DNA of 58,709 bases. Source: a virus. Lineage: Duplodnaviria; Caudoviricetes. Positions 18,170-26,255 of this stretch are shown here, piece by piece (within the stretch, counting starts at the first letter, position 1; each line of letters begins with the position of its first letter). The DNA lies in IMG/VR virus record IMGVR_UViG_3300027759_000102, positions 1-58,709 of that record. One strand, given 5' to 3'. The translations under genes and the position numbers were made by a program. Below the pieces are notes generated by a model. That model did not search any database. It worked only from the letters and a program-made list of their open reading frames with translations, and had not been told where the DNA came from.

Positions 18170-18423
18170 CGCCTCGTGTCACCAGTTCTTCGGGGGTCTG
18201 AGGGTCGAAAGGGGGCGCGTGAGGGCGCGAGTGAGTTTGCCCATCGGTTGGCGAGTTGGCGAGTTGGCGGGTGGGCGTTGGTGGGTGAGTGGCGCGCGTT
18301 GGGCAACGGACATTGTCCGCTGGAGATTAATCAGGTGGCGCGGCGCGCCACAGCAAAAACTGGCGATATAGGCGTTGGCAACGGACAATGTCCGTCAGGA
18401 ATATTTAATAGGTGATTTAGTAT

Positions 18424-18854
18424 GTGTCAAATATTGCACAGACCTTGTTCCAATGTTCCGGAAAAAAAGGGCGTTGGAACACGTTTTGGAACAAGCTTTT
18501 CAGGGGCATCAATTTTTATAAGTCATTGATATATATATATAATATAATAATAGTAATAGTAATAGTAATGTCAATGTTCCAATGTTCCGTTTTTTTTATT
18601 AAAATATGGCTGACCTGAAAAATACGTGTCAAATATTGAACATGTATAGAATTGAACACAAGTTCGGAGCGACCTCGGCTGCCGTGTATTTGCGTTTCAC
18701 CACGGAACATTGGAACATCGCCACCTAACGTGTTGATTGCATTACCCTTTTTCATACCCGCGTCACACTTTACATTAGGAACATTTGGAACACCCTTGAT
18801 TCCATTACATTTCCCGCCCTTCTATCCTAGTGTTCAAAACTTGACATAGGAACA
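18424..18854. other. Putative replication origin (iterons plus AT-rich unwinding element)
   Basis: 11 GGAACA/TGTTCC hexamers, mostly paired. TGTTCCAATGTTCCG occurs at 18446 and 18575 and inverted at 18703. AT-rich core spans about 18512-18607. Confidence 0.65.
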
Positions 18855-18869
18855 TATCTATGGTATACT
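18841..18869 (+). promoter_or_regulatory. Strong sigma70-type promoter for the early operon
   Basis: TTGACA-17 bp-TATACT, with TG just upstream of the -10 box. Confidence 0.8.
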
Positions 18870-18969
18870 CGTATTGTAAGTGAAAAGTTTGACAAAGTTA
18901 GGTAGCGGCTGCGGTAGCGGACATTGTCCGTTGAGGTCACCGAGGTTATGCGCCAGACACTATCACTCC

Positions 18970-18981
18970 CGTTCTTTAACA
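18970..18981 (+). promoter_or_regulatory. boxA-like antitermination element
   Basis: CGTTCTTTAACA compared with rrn boxA TGCTCTTTAACA; about 100 nt downstream of the promoter. Confidence 0.6.
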
Positions 18982-19035
18982 GTTTAGAGTAAGACCACAG
19001 AGCCTAGCGGACATTGTCCGTTGGGGCGTATTCGT

Positions 19036-19191
19036 TTAGCCGTGTGCTACGTAGTGTATGTCGTGGTGCTTGAACCCGTTGAGTCTACCTTGTCAGTTGC
19101 GCAGGTCGCGTAGTTTGCCCTTGCTGTCAGCAAAGCAAGTAGATGTAGGATTCATCGGACAACCCAGATCGACAACATCGTAGCACGCTAA
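19036..19191 (+). ncRNA. Candidate rod-shaped ncRNA with central bubble (6S-like architecture)
   Basis: Nested helices 19044-51/19179-86, 19054-63/19170-78 and 19076-88/19145-58, capped by two hairpins. Confidence 0.5.
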
Positions 19192-19223
19192 CATAAAAAA
19201 CTGGCGATGCACTCTGTGCTAGG

Positions 19224-19524
19224 GGCAATACTTAATGTGTGTAGAACCGATAGACAGCGGGGCTACTCAAGCGGCTAGGTGTAAGACTATACAACACGTG
19301 GAAGATTCTATACGTGTAGCCTAGATCGCTCGTATTGCCGATGGTGAGCCTAACACCCAGTGCGGACTGCGACAAGAACATGCAGACGCTCACAACTAAT
19401 ACTGAAAGCCAGCGGACAATGTCCGCTGCGACCAACCAACCGCGCCTTGGTAGACCAACATCAGGGCGCACCCCATAGCGCATTGCACCCAGTAGTGCGT
19501 TATGCGGTGTAAACGCACCATAAC
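19224..19524 (+). ncRNA. Second densely structured non-coding domain
   Basis: Helices GGCAATAC/GTATTGCC, CTAGG/CCTAG, ACACGT/ACGTGT, GTGAGC/GCTCAC, GCGCCTTG/CAGGGCGC and GTTATG/CATAAC. Confidence 0.45.
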
Positions 19525-19542
19525 TAATCACGGAGAGATAAC

Positions 19543-19719
19543 ATGAAAGCAACACAAGCAATAAACCGTAGCACCCCGATGGACTTGCTCATGATGCAAC
19601 AACCGTTTAACCCTGATAGAAAGCATGAGCAAATGTATTCACGAGAACAGATCGAGGCGTGGCTTGTCTCGATTGGTAAAACCCGCAACGGACAACGTCC
19701 GTCAACCATTAACAAGTAA
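19543..19719 (+). CDS. Small early hypothetical protein (58 aa)
   Basis: Not in the ORF track. RBS GGAGAG, ATG at 19543 (MKATQAINRS...), stop just before the next RBS. Confidence 0.55.
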   Translation: MKATQAINRSTPMDLLMMQQPFNPDRKHEQMYSREQIEAWLVSIGKTRNGQRPSTINK

Positions 19720-19733
19720 ACAGGAGAGATACC

Positions 19734-21431
19734 ATGCCAGCATCTACGTTCCCATTATCTTCATACTCCAAAGAGCGTTACAACCTGATACGTCAAAAGC
19801 GTATAGTCGTGGGCTACAATTTCCACAACAACCACCCATCAGTTGATCGCCCTGATATATATCAGCGGCTTGCCCCTAAACCTCGGTCATGCTCATTCCT
19901 GCGACATGACCTAATTGGTTTGTATAACGATGGTTGTAGCCAATCTAAAGCCTTTCGCATTCGAGCCTTCCTGAAGAAGTTTGGTCAGCGGCTTGCCAAG
20001 AGTGGGGTCATGCGTAACAAGCCAATCGTTCCTGCCGCTGTAGTAGATTGGATACTTGCCAATCGCACCTTCATTGAAGACAGCCCAATATTTTTGACGA
20101 GTAACATGGTGGCATCTACTTTGTTGGGGCGGGATGTGACCGCACTATGGGATAGGGACAGTGAGAAGCTAGGTGATGGGCGTTGGAGACCTGTGCCGTG
20201 GCATCACTATGGGTTCTTCAAGGATTCAAGGTATTACCTATTGCACAGTCTACACATGAGCACAACCAAAGGTGAAGAAGGGCTACTCGCATTCGCAGAG
20301 TCACTAGACAAGATGAGGATCGAGCGTTACACCATCATCAAGCCCGGTCGCTACCTTGCTAGGTTCTTCCCAGAGTTGGGCGAGAGTGAGATTCGCACGT
20401 GGACAGAGCGGGTCGCGGCATCAATACGCCCTGCCGAGTTGAAGTTCATCGAGTCTGATGACAAGGATGGTTGGGTCAGTGTGTATCAGGATGGTCCTGA
20501 TAGTTGCATGTCTGGCAGTGATGCGGAGTGTGTGCATGTATACGCCCACAAGAAATCCGTGTTACGCCTAGCCTACTTGGTGCAAGGTGAAGACATCAAA
20601 GGCAGGGCTATCGTGCGTGAGGATAAGAAAGAATATATACGTTGTTACCCTAACACGTCTAGCACTGATTCCACTGCGTGGCACAACACCATGCGTGAGG
20701 CTATCGAGGCGGCAGGTTATACGCATGGTAACTTGGAGGGCGTGTTGCTTGACATGCACAAGGCAGATGACGGGGAATACACCATGCCCTACCTTGACTC
20801 GGGCAGTGGCGGTCCACAGAGCGTTGACATGGACGGTGAGTATTTCCGTGTGACCAAGCATGGTGAGCATGATGCAACCAATACAAACGGTCGGCTTTCC
20901 TTGCGGGACATGATGTGTTGTGACTCCTGTGGTGATGACTTTGACGCAGAAGATATGAACTACATCGACCACCATGAGCATCATGTCTGTAACTATTGCT
21001 ACAGTGAGCATTACCGCGAGGCGATTGGTAGACGTGGTCGGACCGTCATGACTTTAGCTGATGACTGCGTCTACTGTTCATCGGATGATAACCACTACGT
21101 CACGGAATACGCATCGGACAATGAGGTCTATGAGTGTGCCGAGTCAGGGGATTACTTCAAGTTGGATGATATGGTCGCCACGCCTGATGGATGGGTTGCG
21201 GATGCTCACGCTACCAAGTTGACTATCAAGACCGAGCGACACGGTGAAGAGTTTGAGTATGCAGGGAATAGTGATGTAGTCACCACGCATTCGGGTGATG
21301 TTGTGTATGACAAGGATGTAATAACGTATGTGGTAGATGATATTAACTATATATGTCATGAGGATGTAGATGAGATGGAGTTTCGGGCACAACTGTTATG
21401 TGAATCCTCACTTAACGAACAAGCAGCTTAA
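19734..21431 (+). CDS. Early protein with an SCM/GRA core and Cys/His-rich C-terminal repeats
   Basis: 565 aa; RBS AGGAG; GPDSCM...GRAIV...RCYP core and CDSC...HVCNYC zinc-ribbon-like motifs. Confidence 0.75.
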   Translation: MPASTFPLSSYSKERYNLIRQKRIVVGYNFHNNHPSVDRPDIYQRLAPKPRSCSFLRHDLIGLYNDGCSQSKAFRIRAFLKKFGQRLAKSGVMRNKPIVPAAVVDWILANRTFIEDSPIFLTSNMVASTLLGRDVTALWDRDSEKLGDGRWRPVPWHHYGFFKDSRYYLLHSLHMSTTKGEEGLLAFAESLDKMRIERYTIIKPGRYLARFFPELGESEIRTWTERVAASIRPAELKFIESDDKDGWVSVYQDGPDSCMSGSDAECVHVYAHKKSVLRLAYLVQGEDIKGRAIVREDKKEYIRCYPNTSSTDSTAWHNTMREAIEAAGYTHGNLEGVLLDMHKADDGEYTMPYLDSGSGGPQSVDMDGEYFRVTKHGEHDATNTNGRLSLRDMMCCDSCGDDFDAEDMNYIDHHEHHVCNYCYSEHYREAIGRRGRTVMTLADDCVYCSSDDNHYVTEYASDNEVYECAESGDYFKLDDMVATPDGWVADAHATKLTIKTERHGEEFEYAGNSDVVTTHSGDVVYDKDVITYVVDDINYICHEDVDEMEFRAQLLCESSLNEQAA

Positions 21432-21458
21432 CGGACAATGTCCGTTGAAAGGATAAGT

Positions 21459-22517
21459 ATGGAACGATTATTAGAGATGTTGAGTTACACAAGGGCGCAT
21501 CAATCCGAGGGTGAACGATTGTTTGTTGATAAGTTTATCAACCCGTATAACCCCAAGGTATACAAGACAGGCAATGAAGTATTAGCCTATGTGGTAACGG
21601 TAGGTGGTAAGAAACGCCCGCCTGTGCTGTGGAGTAGCCACGTGGATACTGTGCATGGTAAGGACGACCCTGTCATGCAGACCGTTGTATATGATGAGAG
21701 TGGTGGGTTTGCTTACAAGGATGACGGTCGACCGCTAGGTGCTGATGATGGCGCGGGTGTATGGCTTATGCTCGAGATGATAGACGCTAAGGTAGCGGGC
21801 ACGTATATCTTTCATCGTGGTGAAGAGCGTGGGGGTATTGGCTCAAGCGGTATGGCGTTACACCACAAGGCGTGGCTATCTCAATTCAAGTGGGCTATTG
21901 CGTTCGACCGTAGGGGGGACAGTGACATTATTACCGAGCAGTCACCCGGTGTGTGCGCGTCAGATGACTTTGCCAAAAAACTGGCGATGCTTATCAATGA
22001 GGGCACAGGCTTGACCTACGCGGGTAGTCCAAACGGCATATTCACAGACACGGCAAACTATCGTAGACTAATCCCTGAATGCACTAACCTATCGGTGGGC
22101 TATGACAATGAGCATACGGGAAGTGAGACGTTGGACACGTGGCATCTGATGAATCTACGCAATGCAATGATACGGTTCACAGCGGATATGACTAACTCGC
22201 TACCTGCAACGCGTGACCATACTGCCCCAGACCCAGTGCCTTTGTATGGCAAGTATGGCGCGTGGGATACGTGGAACTACGGGATGCCAGCAACCAAGAA
22301 GAAGAAAGCAGCGCGCGCAGTGAATGTTGCAGACAACATAATGGATTGGTCAGCCGATGACGTTGCGCAGATGCGGTTCAATGACTTAGTGAAGTTAGTG
22401 CGGGAGGCACACCCAGAAGATGTAGCAGGGCTAATCGTAAGACTAGCCGAGGATGTGCAGTATGTAAGTGAGCAATACTATGAAGCGACAGGCGAGGAGT
22501 CTAGTAGTTATACCTAG
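21459..22517 (+). CDS. Zn-dependent exopeptidase, M20/M28 superfamily
   Basis: SHVDTV, GADDGAG, GEERG, FDRRG and EHT metal-ligand motifs. The track start at 21438 lies inside a palindrome; ATG 21459 has the RBS. Confidence 0.85.
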   Translation: MERLLEMLSYTRAHQSEGERLFVDKFINPYNPKVYKTGNEVLAYVVTVGGKKRPPVLWSSHVDTVHGKDDPVMQTVVYDESGGFAYKDDGRPLGADDGAGVWLMLEMIDAKVAGTYIFHRGEERGGIGSSGMALHHKAWLSQFKWAIAFDRRGDSDIITEQSPGVCASDDFAKKLAMLINEGTGLTYAGSPNGIFTDTANYRRLIPECTNLSVGYDNEHTGSETLDTWHLMNLRNAMIRFTADMTNSLPATRDHTAPDPVPLYGKYGAWDTWNYGMPATKKKKAARAVNVADNIMDWSADDVAQMRFNDLVKLVREAHPEDVAGLIVRLAEDVQYVSEQYYEATGEESSSYT

Positions 22518-22549
22518 CGGACATTGTCCGTTGACCAACAGGAGATAAG

Positions 22550-22714
22550 ATGAGAGACCATATAAAAAATCGTAAGGCATTAATTGCAGTAATCATGAAC
22601 GAAGGGAGGTATAAATTTTATAGAAACGTAGAGATGGTGTTTTTCTGTGCGGTAGTGATACCTGCTACCTATTTGTTTTTAATATTATGCTTATCAATAG
22701 GAGATATAAAATGA
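22550..22714 (+). CDS. Small membrane protein (54 aa)
   Basis: Not in the ORF track. RBS AGGAG, hydrophobic C-terminal half, ATGA overlap with the next gene. Confidence 0.55.
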   Translation: MRDHIKNRKALIAVIMNEGRYKFYRNVEMVFFCAVVIPATYLFLILCLSIGDIK

Positions 22715-22899
22715 TAGACGGAATGACGTTCGTATTAGTAGTAGCGGCAGTGGGTTTCGTAGCATTCACAAGTGGATGGTATTTGGGGCGGCAGAACGCA
22801 GCTTTGTTGTTTGCATCCTTTATGAATGACCTAGACACTGAATTCAACGGCAAGATTTTTGAATGGGTTATGCGTAGACGTGAGGAGATGAAGAAATGA
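22711..22899 (+). CDS. Small membrane protein
   Basis: Start at ATG 22711 (RBS AGGAG); N-terminal transmembrane segment. Confidence 0.6.
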   Translation: MIDGMTFVLVVAAVGFVAFTSGWYLGRQNAALLFASFMNDLDTEFNGKIFEWVMRRREEMKK

Positions 22900-23300
22900 A
22901 AAAGATGATACGACTGATGGATTTGGTTGAGAGCCAATTAAGGCACAAGAAGAATTTTAAGGACATGCTGAATGTTTTGGGATACGATCTTGGGAATCTA
23001 TTTGCAAGCGTTAAGGACGACCAACCTTTCGAGGTCTTGTTGCATACCTTTATTAGCAGTGTTTACAAAGGCAAGCAGGCGTGGGAGGAGTACGAAGTTA
23101 AGGAGACAAAGTCTGTGATTGACGAGTGGTATGACAAGTGTAGCCCTGCTAGGGAAGACCTACCTATGGATGCGCTAACGCATATAGCTGAAGCTAATGA
23201 CTTGGTGCTGTCAGACAACCTTATAGGGTTTACCCAAGCATTGATAGCCGAGATGAACATGAACAAGGAGATACAGAATGAAAGAGATGCTCTATATTAA
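22896..23300 (+). CDS. Hypothetical early protein
   Basis: 134 aa; RBS GAGGAG; ATGA overlap. Confidence 0.65.
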   Translation: MKKMIRLMDLVESQLRHKKNFKDMLNVLGYDLGNLFASVKDDQPFEVLLHTFISSVYKGKQAWEEYEVKETKSVIDEWYDKCSPAREDLPMDALTHIAEANDLVLSDNLIGFTQALIAEMNMNKEIQNERDALY

Positions 23301-23703
23301 TAAGGTAAGTGCCGAGCAGGTGGGTGGGGGTAACGAGGTTGACTTCGTGCATCTACCCAACGGGCAAGTGCTTGGCATTAACGATGAGTGTGTGGGCTTG
23401 TATACGTCTATGCAGGCTTTTTGGGATAATGAAACGCCCTTATGGAGTCAGTGGTTAAAAAGAAAGGAGATTAAAGGAATGAAAAACTGGCGATTACAAA
23501 GCACAGACGCGCCAACATGGGAAGATGCAATGGATGCGCTTGCAGATGAGCGGGTGTGGTTGCGGGAAACTTTATACAACCTCATCGGGTTGTGGGAAAT
23601 GGAAGCACCCATGACAGACATAGAAAATTCTATACATAAAGCAAAGCTCATGCTAGAGTATACATCCACTAAAGAGGAGAGCGATGAATTTAAGAGAGGA
23701 TGA
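23278..23703 (+). CDS. Hypothetical early protein
   Basis: 141 aa; RBS AAGGAG. Confidence 0.65.
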   Translation: MKEMLYINKVSAEQVGGGNEVDFVHLPNGQVLGINDECVGLYTSMQAFWDNETPLWSQWLKRKEIKGMKNWRLQSTDAPTWEDAMDALADERVWLRETLYNLIGLWEMEAPMTDIENSIHKAKLMLEYTSTKEESDEFKRG

Positions 23704-24049
23704 GATACGCGCCGTATTGCGGTTTATGAGCGCGGAGTTAGAAGTTATTGAGAACTACGATTTATTAAAAGCAGGGGGGCAGAGATTCATTGCCATCATC
23801 AGCCACATTGACGGCACGAAAGTCTCATACCCCAGTGACAATCGTATTGATGCGGTTACAGACGCATGGGATGTATTCAAAAGCTACATGAAGACAGATG
23901 ACAAAGGAGACCCAGAATGGCTTAACAAAACATTGCTTGCAGATTTAGAAGTGCAGTTAAAACGAAATCAAATCACGGAGAACAGAGATGTCAAAAAACT
24001 TAAGCGAAGTAAATCTAACACCGCAGGTATCCCTCGCAGAAGCTGCTGA
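23684..24049 (+). CDS. Hypothetical early protein
   Basis: 121 aa; RBS GAGGAG. Confidence 0.6.
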   Translation: MNLREDEIRAVLRFMSAELEVIENYDLLKAGGQRFIAIISHIDGTKVSYPSDNRIDAVTDAWDVFKSYMKTDDKGDPEWLNKTLLADLEVQLKRNQITENRDVKKLKRSKSNTAGIPRRSC

Positions 24050-25070
24050 TCTTGTGCAGCATGTTGGGAATGATGTTACGTTTGTGTTTGAGGGTGAGGT
24101 AGGTATTGGCAAGTCCTATATGCTGTATGAGTTGGGCAAGCGAATGCCTGAATATCAATGCGTGTATGCAGAGATGCCAACCTTTGACGTAGGTGATATG
24201 AATGGTGTGCCGTTCACTGAAACAATCAACGGTATCAAGGTAACCCGCTTTGCACCTAATTCTATGTTGCAGATTTATCAAGATCGCCCTGTGCTATTCA
24301 TGGCAGACGAGGTTGGTAAGACATCGCGCCAAGTGCAGAATACCTTATTGCGTTTGTTTCACGAGAAGAAGATTGGTGAGTATGCGCTACCCCCGAACAG
24401 CATAGTCTTTGGCACTACCAATCTGGTGGGTGAGGGGCTAGGCGATTACCTGCAAGCACATGCGTATAACCGCGTATCGGTAGTGCCCATAGCCAAGCCC
24501 GATGCAAACGAAGTCTATGCGTTTGGTTCAAAGGATGGGTGGCATCCGATTATCTTGGCGTGGATGAAACGATTCCCGCATTGCCTTGCGTCATACCGTG
24601 AAGGTGAGGGCAACCCGTATATCCATTATCCACACAAGACTGACAAGGCGTTCGTCACAGGTCGTAGCTTGAACAAGGCGAGTCATATCATGTGGAAGCG
24701 GCATCTCATCAGCCCACGTGCATTAGAAGTAGCACTCATTGGTTGTGTAGGTGCGGCAGCAGCATCGGGCATCTTATCGTTCACACAGGTTGATTCTACG
24801 CTGGCAACGTGGGACTCTATCGTGCAGACACCCAATACCGCTACTGTCCCAGACGCATCGAACTTCGCGGCTAACTATATCACGGTGTTCAGTGCTATCC
24901 ATCTTGTGAAGCGCGATACATTCTCAGCATGGATGACGTATCTCAAGCGACTCCCCAAGGAGTATCAGGGTGTGTTTGCTAGGAATGTTCAGGAGGCACC
25001 CGCAGGGGTTATTGCTGTGGAGAACCGAGCGTTCATCGCATGGGCTACTGAAAATCACTGGATGGCTTAA
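23988..25070 (+). CDS. MoxR-like AAA+ ATPase
   Basis: Walker A GEVGIGKS, Walker B LFMADE, sensor TTN, YNR arginine finger and TGRS. Confidence 0.85.
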   Translation: MSKNLSEVNLTPQVSLAEAADLVQHVGNDVTFVFEGEVGIGKSYMLYELGKRMPEYQCVYAEMPTFDVGDMNGVPFTETINGIKVTRFAPNSMLQIYQDRPVLFMADEVGKTSRQVQNTLLRLFHEKKIGEYALPPNSIVFGTTNLVGEGLGDYLQAHAYNRVSVVPIAKPDANEVYAFGSKDGWHPIILAWMKRFPHCLASYREGEGNPYIHYPHKTDKAFVTGRSLNKASHIMWKRHLISPRALEVALIGCVGAAAASGILSFTQVDSTLATWDSIVQTPNTATVPDASNFAANYITVFSAIHLVKRDTFSAWMTYLKRLPKEYQGVFARNVQEAPAGVIAVENRAFIAWATENHWMA

Positions 25071-25072
25071 TC

Positions 25073-26245
25073 ATGTATGCCAATTCGTTAACTCCCGAAC
25101 AGTGGGTGGGTAAGAACACGCTCGATGTAATTATGCACCCGCAGTATCGTTCACTTGGCGCGGTAGTCCTGATGGGCAAGACCTCTATCGGGGATTGCCC
25201 TACCGCATACACCGATGGGCTTAACGTAGTGTATGGCGAGAACTTTATCTCTAAGCTGCTTGACACGGAGATGCGGTTCTTAATTCTACACGAGAACATG
25301 CACAAGGCATTACGCCACATGGTGACTTGGCTATGGATGTTTAAGGAAGATGCAGAGTTAGCCAACCTTGCCTGTGACCTAGTGATTAACCTGATGTTGG
25401 TTACATCTGACCCTAACCAAACCTTTATACAGATGCCGAAGGGCGGTGCGCTTGATGCTAAGTATGAGGGGTTAGATGCGGGTGAGGTGTATCGGTTGCT
25501 GAAGCAGGATAAAGAGTCAGGTTCAGGCAGTGCTAAGTATGCTGGGTTTGATTCGCATGAGTGGGGGTCAGCAGTGGCTCGTAGTGATGCGGAGGTTGCA
25601 GAGATCAGTAAGTCTATCGAAGATGCACTGCAAAGCACATCCATGCTAGCAGGTAGTATGAGTGCATTGATGAGCAGGGCTATCACTGAGTCTGTCCTAC
25701 CAACCGTTCGTTGGGAAGATCAACTGCGGGACTTCGTTACTTCTATATGTAGCGGGCGACAACTATCCACATGGCGCAGACCCAACCGTAGGTATATAGA
25801 CAGCGGTATCTACATGCCATCTTCGTATAGCGAAACAGTCGGGCGTATGTGTATTGCTGTTGATACGTCAGGTTCTATCTCAGGTGCACCGCTTAACCTG
25901 ATGCTAGCAGAGGTCAGTAGTCTTGCTATAGTTCTTCAACCAGAAGTAGTTGATTTGTTGTATTGGGATAGCCGAGTCGCCGCACATGAGCAGTATGGTG
26001 TGGGGCAGTATGAGCGTTTGATTGACTCGACTAAACCCAAAGGGGGTGGGGGGACTACACCCTCGTGTGTAACAGCATACTTAGCAGACAACAACATCAA
26101 GCCTGAGTGTGTGATTATGTTGACTGATGGGTATGTAGGAAGTGATTGGGGTGGGATGTGGACCTGCCCTGTCTTGTGGTGCATCGTGAATAACAAACGC
26201 GCGTCTGCCCCCACAGGTAAAACCATCCACATTAAAACTTACTAG
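25073..26245 (+). CDS. VWA-domain metallopeptidase (DUF2201-like)
   Basis: TAYTDG, HENMH (HExxH), WRRPNRR and MIDAS residues DTSGS...GGGT...TDG. Confidence 0.85.
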   Translation: MYANSLTPEQWVGKNTLDVIMHPQYRSLGAVVLMGKTSIGDCPTAYTDGLNVVYGENFISKLLDTEMRFLILHENMHKALRHMVTWLWMFKEDAELANLACDLVINLMLVTSDPNQTFIQMPKGGALDAKYEGLDAGEVYRLLKQDKESGSGSAKYAGFDSHEWGSAVARSDAEVAEISKSIEDALQSTSMLAGSMSALMSRAITESVLPTVRWEDQLRDFVTSICSGRQLSTWRRPNRRYIDSGIYMPSSYSETVGRMCIAVDTSGSISGAPLNLMLAEVSSLAIVLQPEVVDLLYWDSRVAAHEQYGVGQYERLIDSTKPKGGGGTTPSCVTAYLADNNIKPECVIMLTDGYVGSDWGGMWTCPVLWCIVNNKRASAPTGKTIHIKTY

Positions 26246-26255
26246 GAGATTCAAA

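Larger units (their letters stand above)
17512..22530. repeat. Dispersed palindromic site CGGACAWTGTCCG, 9 copies including 2 variants
   Basis: Copies at 17512-17529 (2-bp centre variant), 18307, 18382, 18918, 19008, 19413, 19689 (CGGACAACGTCCG), 21432 and 22518. Confidence 0.9.
18355..23494 (+). repeat. Co-oriented 13-mer AAAAACTGGCGAT, 4 copies
   Basis: Exact copies at 18355, 19196, 21976 and 23482, all on the plus strand. Confidence 0.8.

Noticed and set aside
19023-19540. tmRNA, tRNA, SRP or RNase P RNA
   Set aside because: GGGGCG at 19023 is not followed by tmRNA features. I found no TTCGA T-arm with a CCA end, no SRP loop and no RNase P GAGGAAAGTCC motif.
18088-19561. ORF-track ORFs in the control region (18176, 18179, 18424, 18516, 18652, 19232)
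   Set aside because: They lack clear RBSs, overlap one another on both strands, and their sequences reflect DNA repeats and microsatellites.
21438-21458. Track start codon of the peptidase at 21438
   Set aside because: This ATG is part of the palindrome and has no RBS; ATG 21459 follows AAAGGA.
17512-22530. Palindromic repeats as a CRISPR or mini-CRISPR array
   Set aside because: Repeats are only 13-21 bp, spacing is irregular (75 bp to over 1.7 kb), orientation is mixed and there are no cas genes. The PD-(D/E)XK nuclease is an ordinary replication-module gene.
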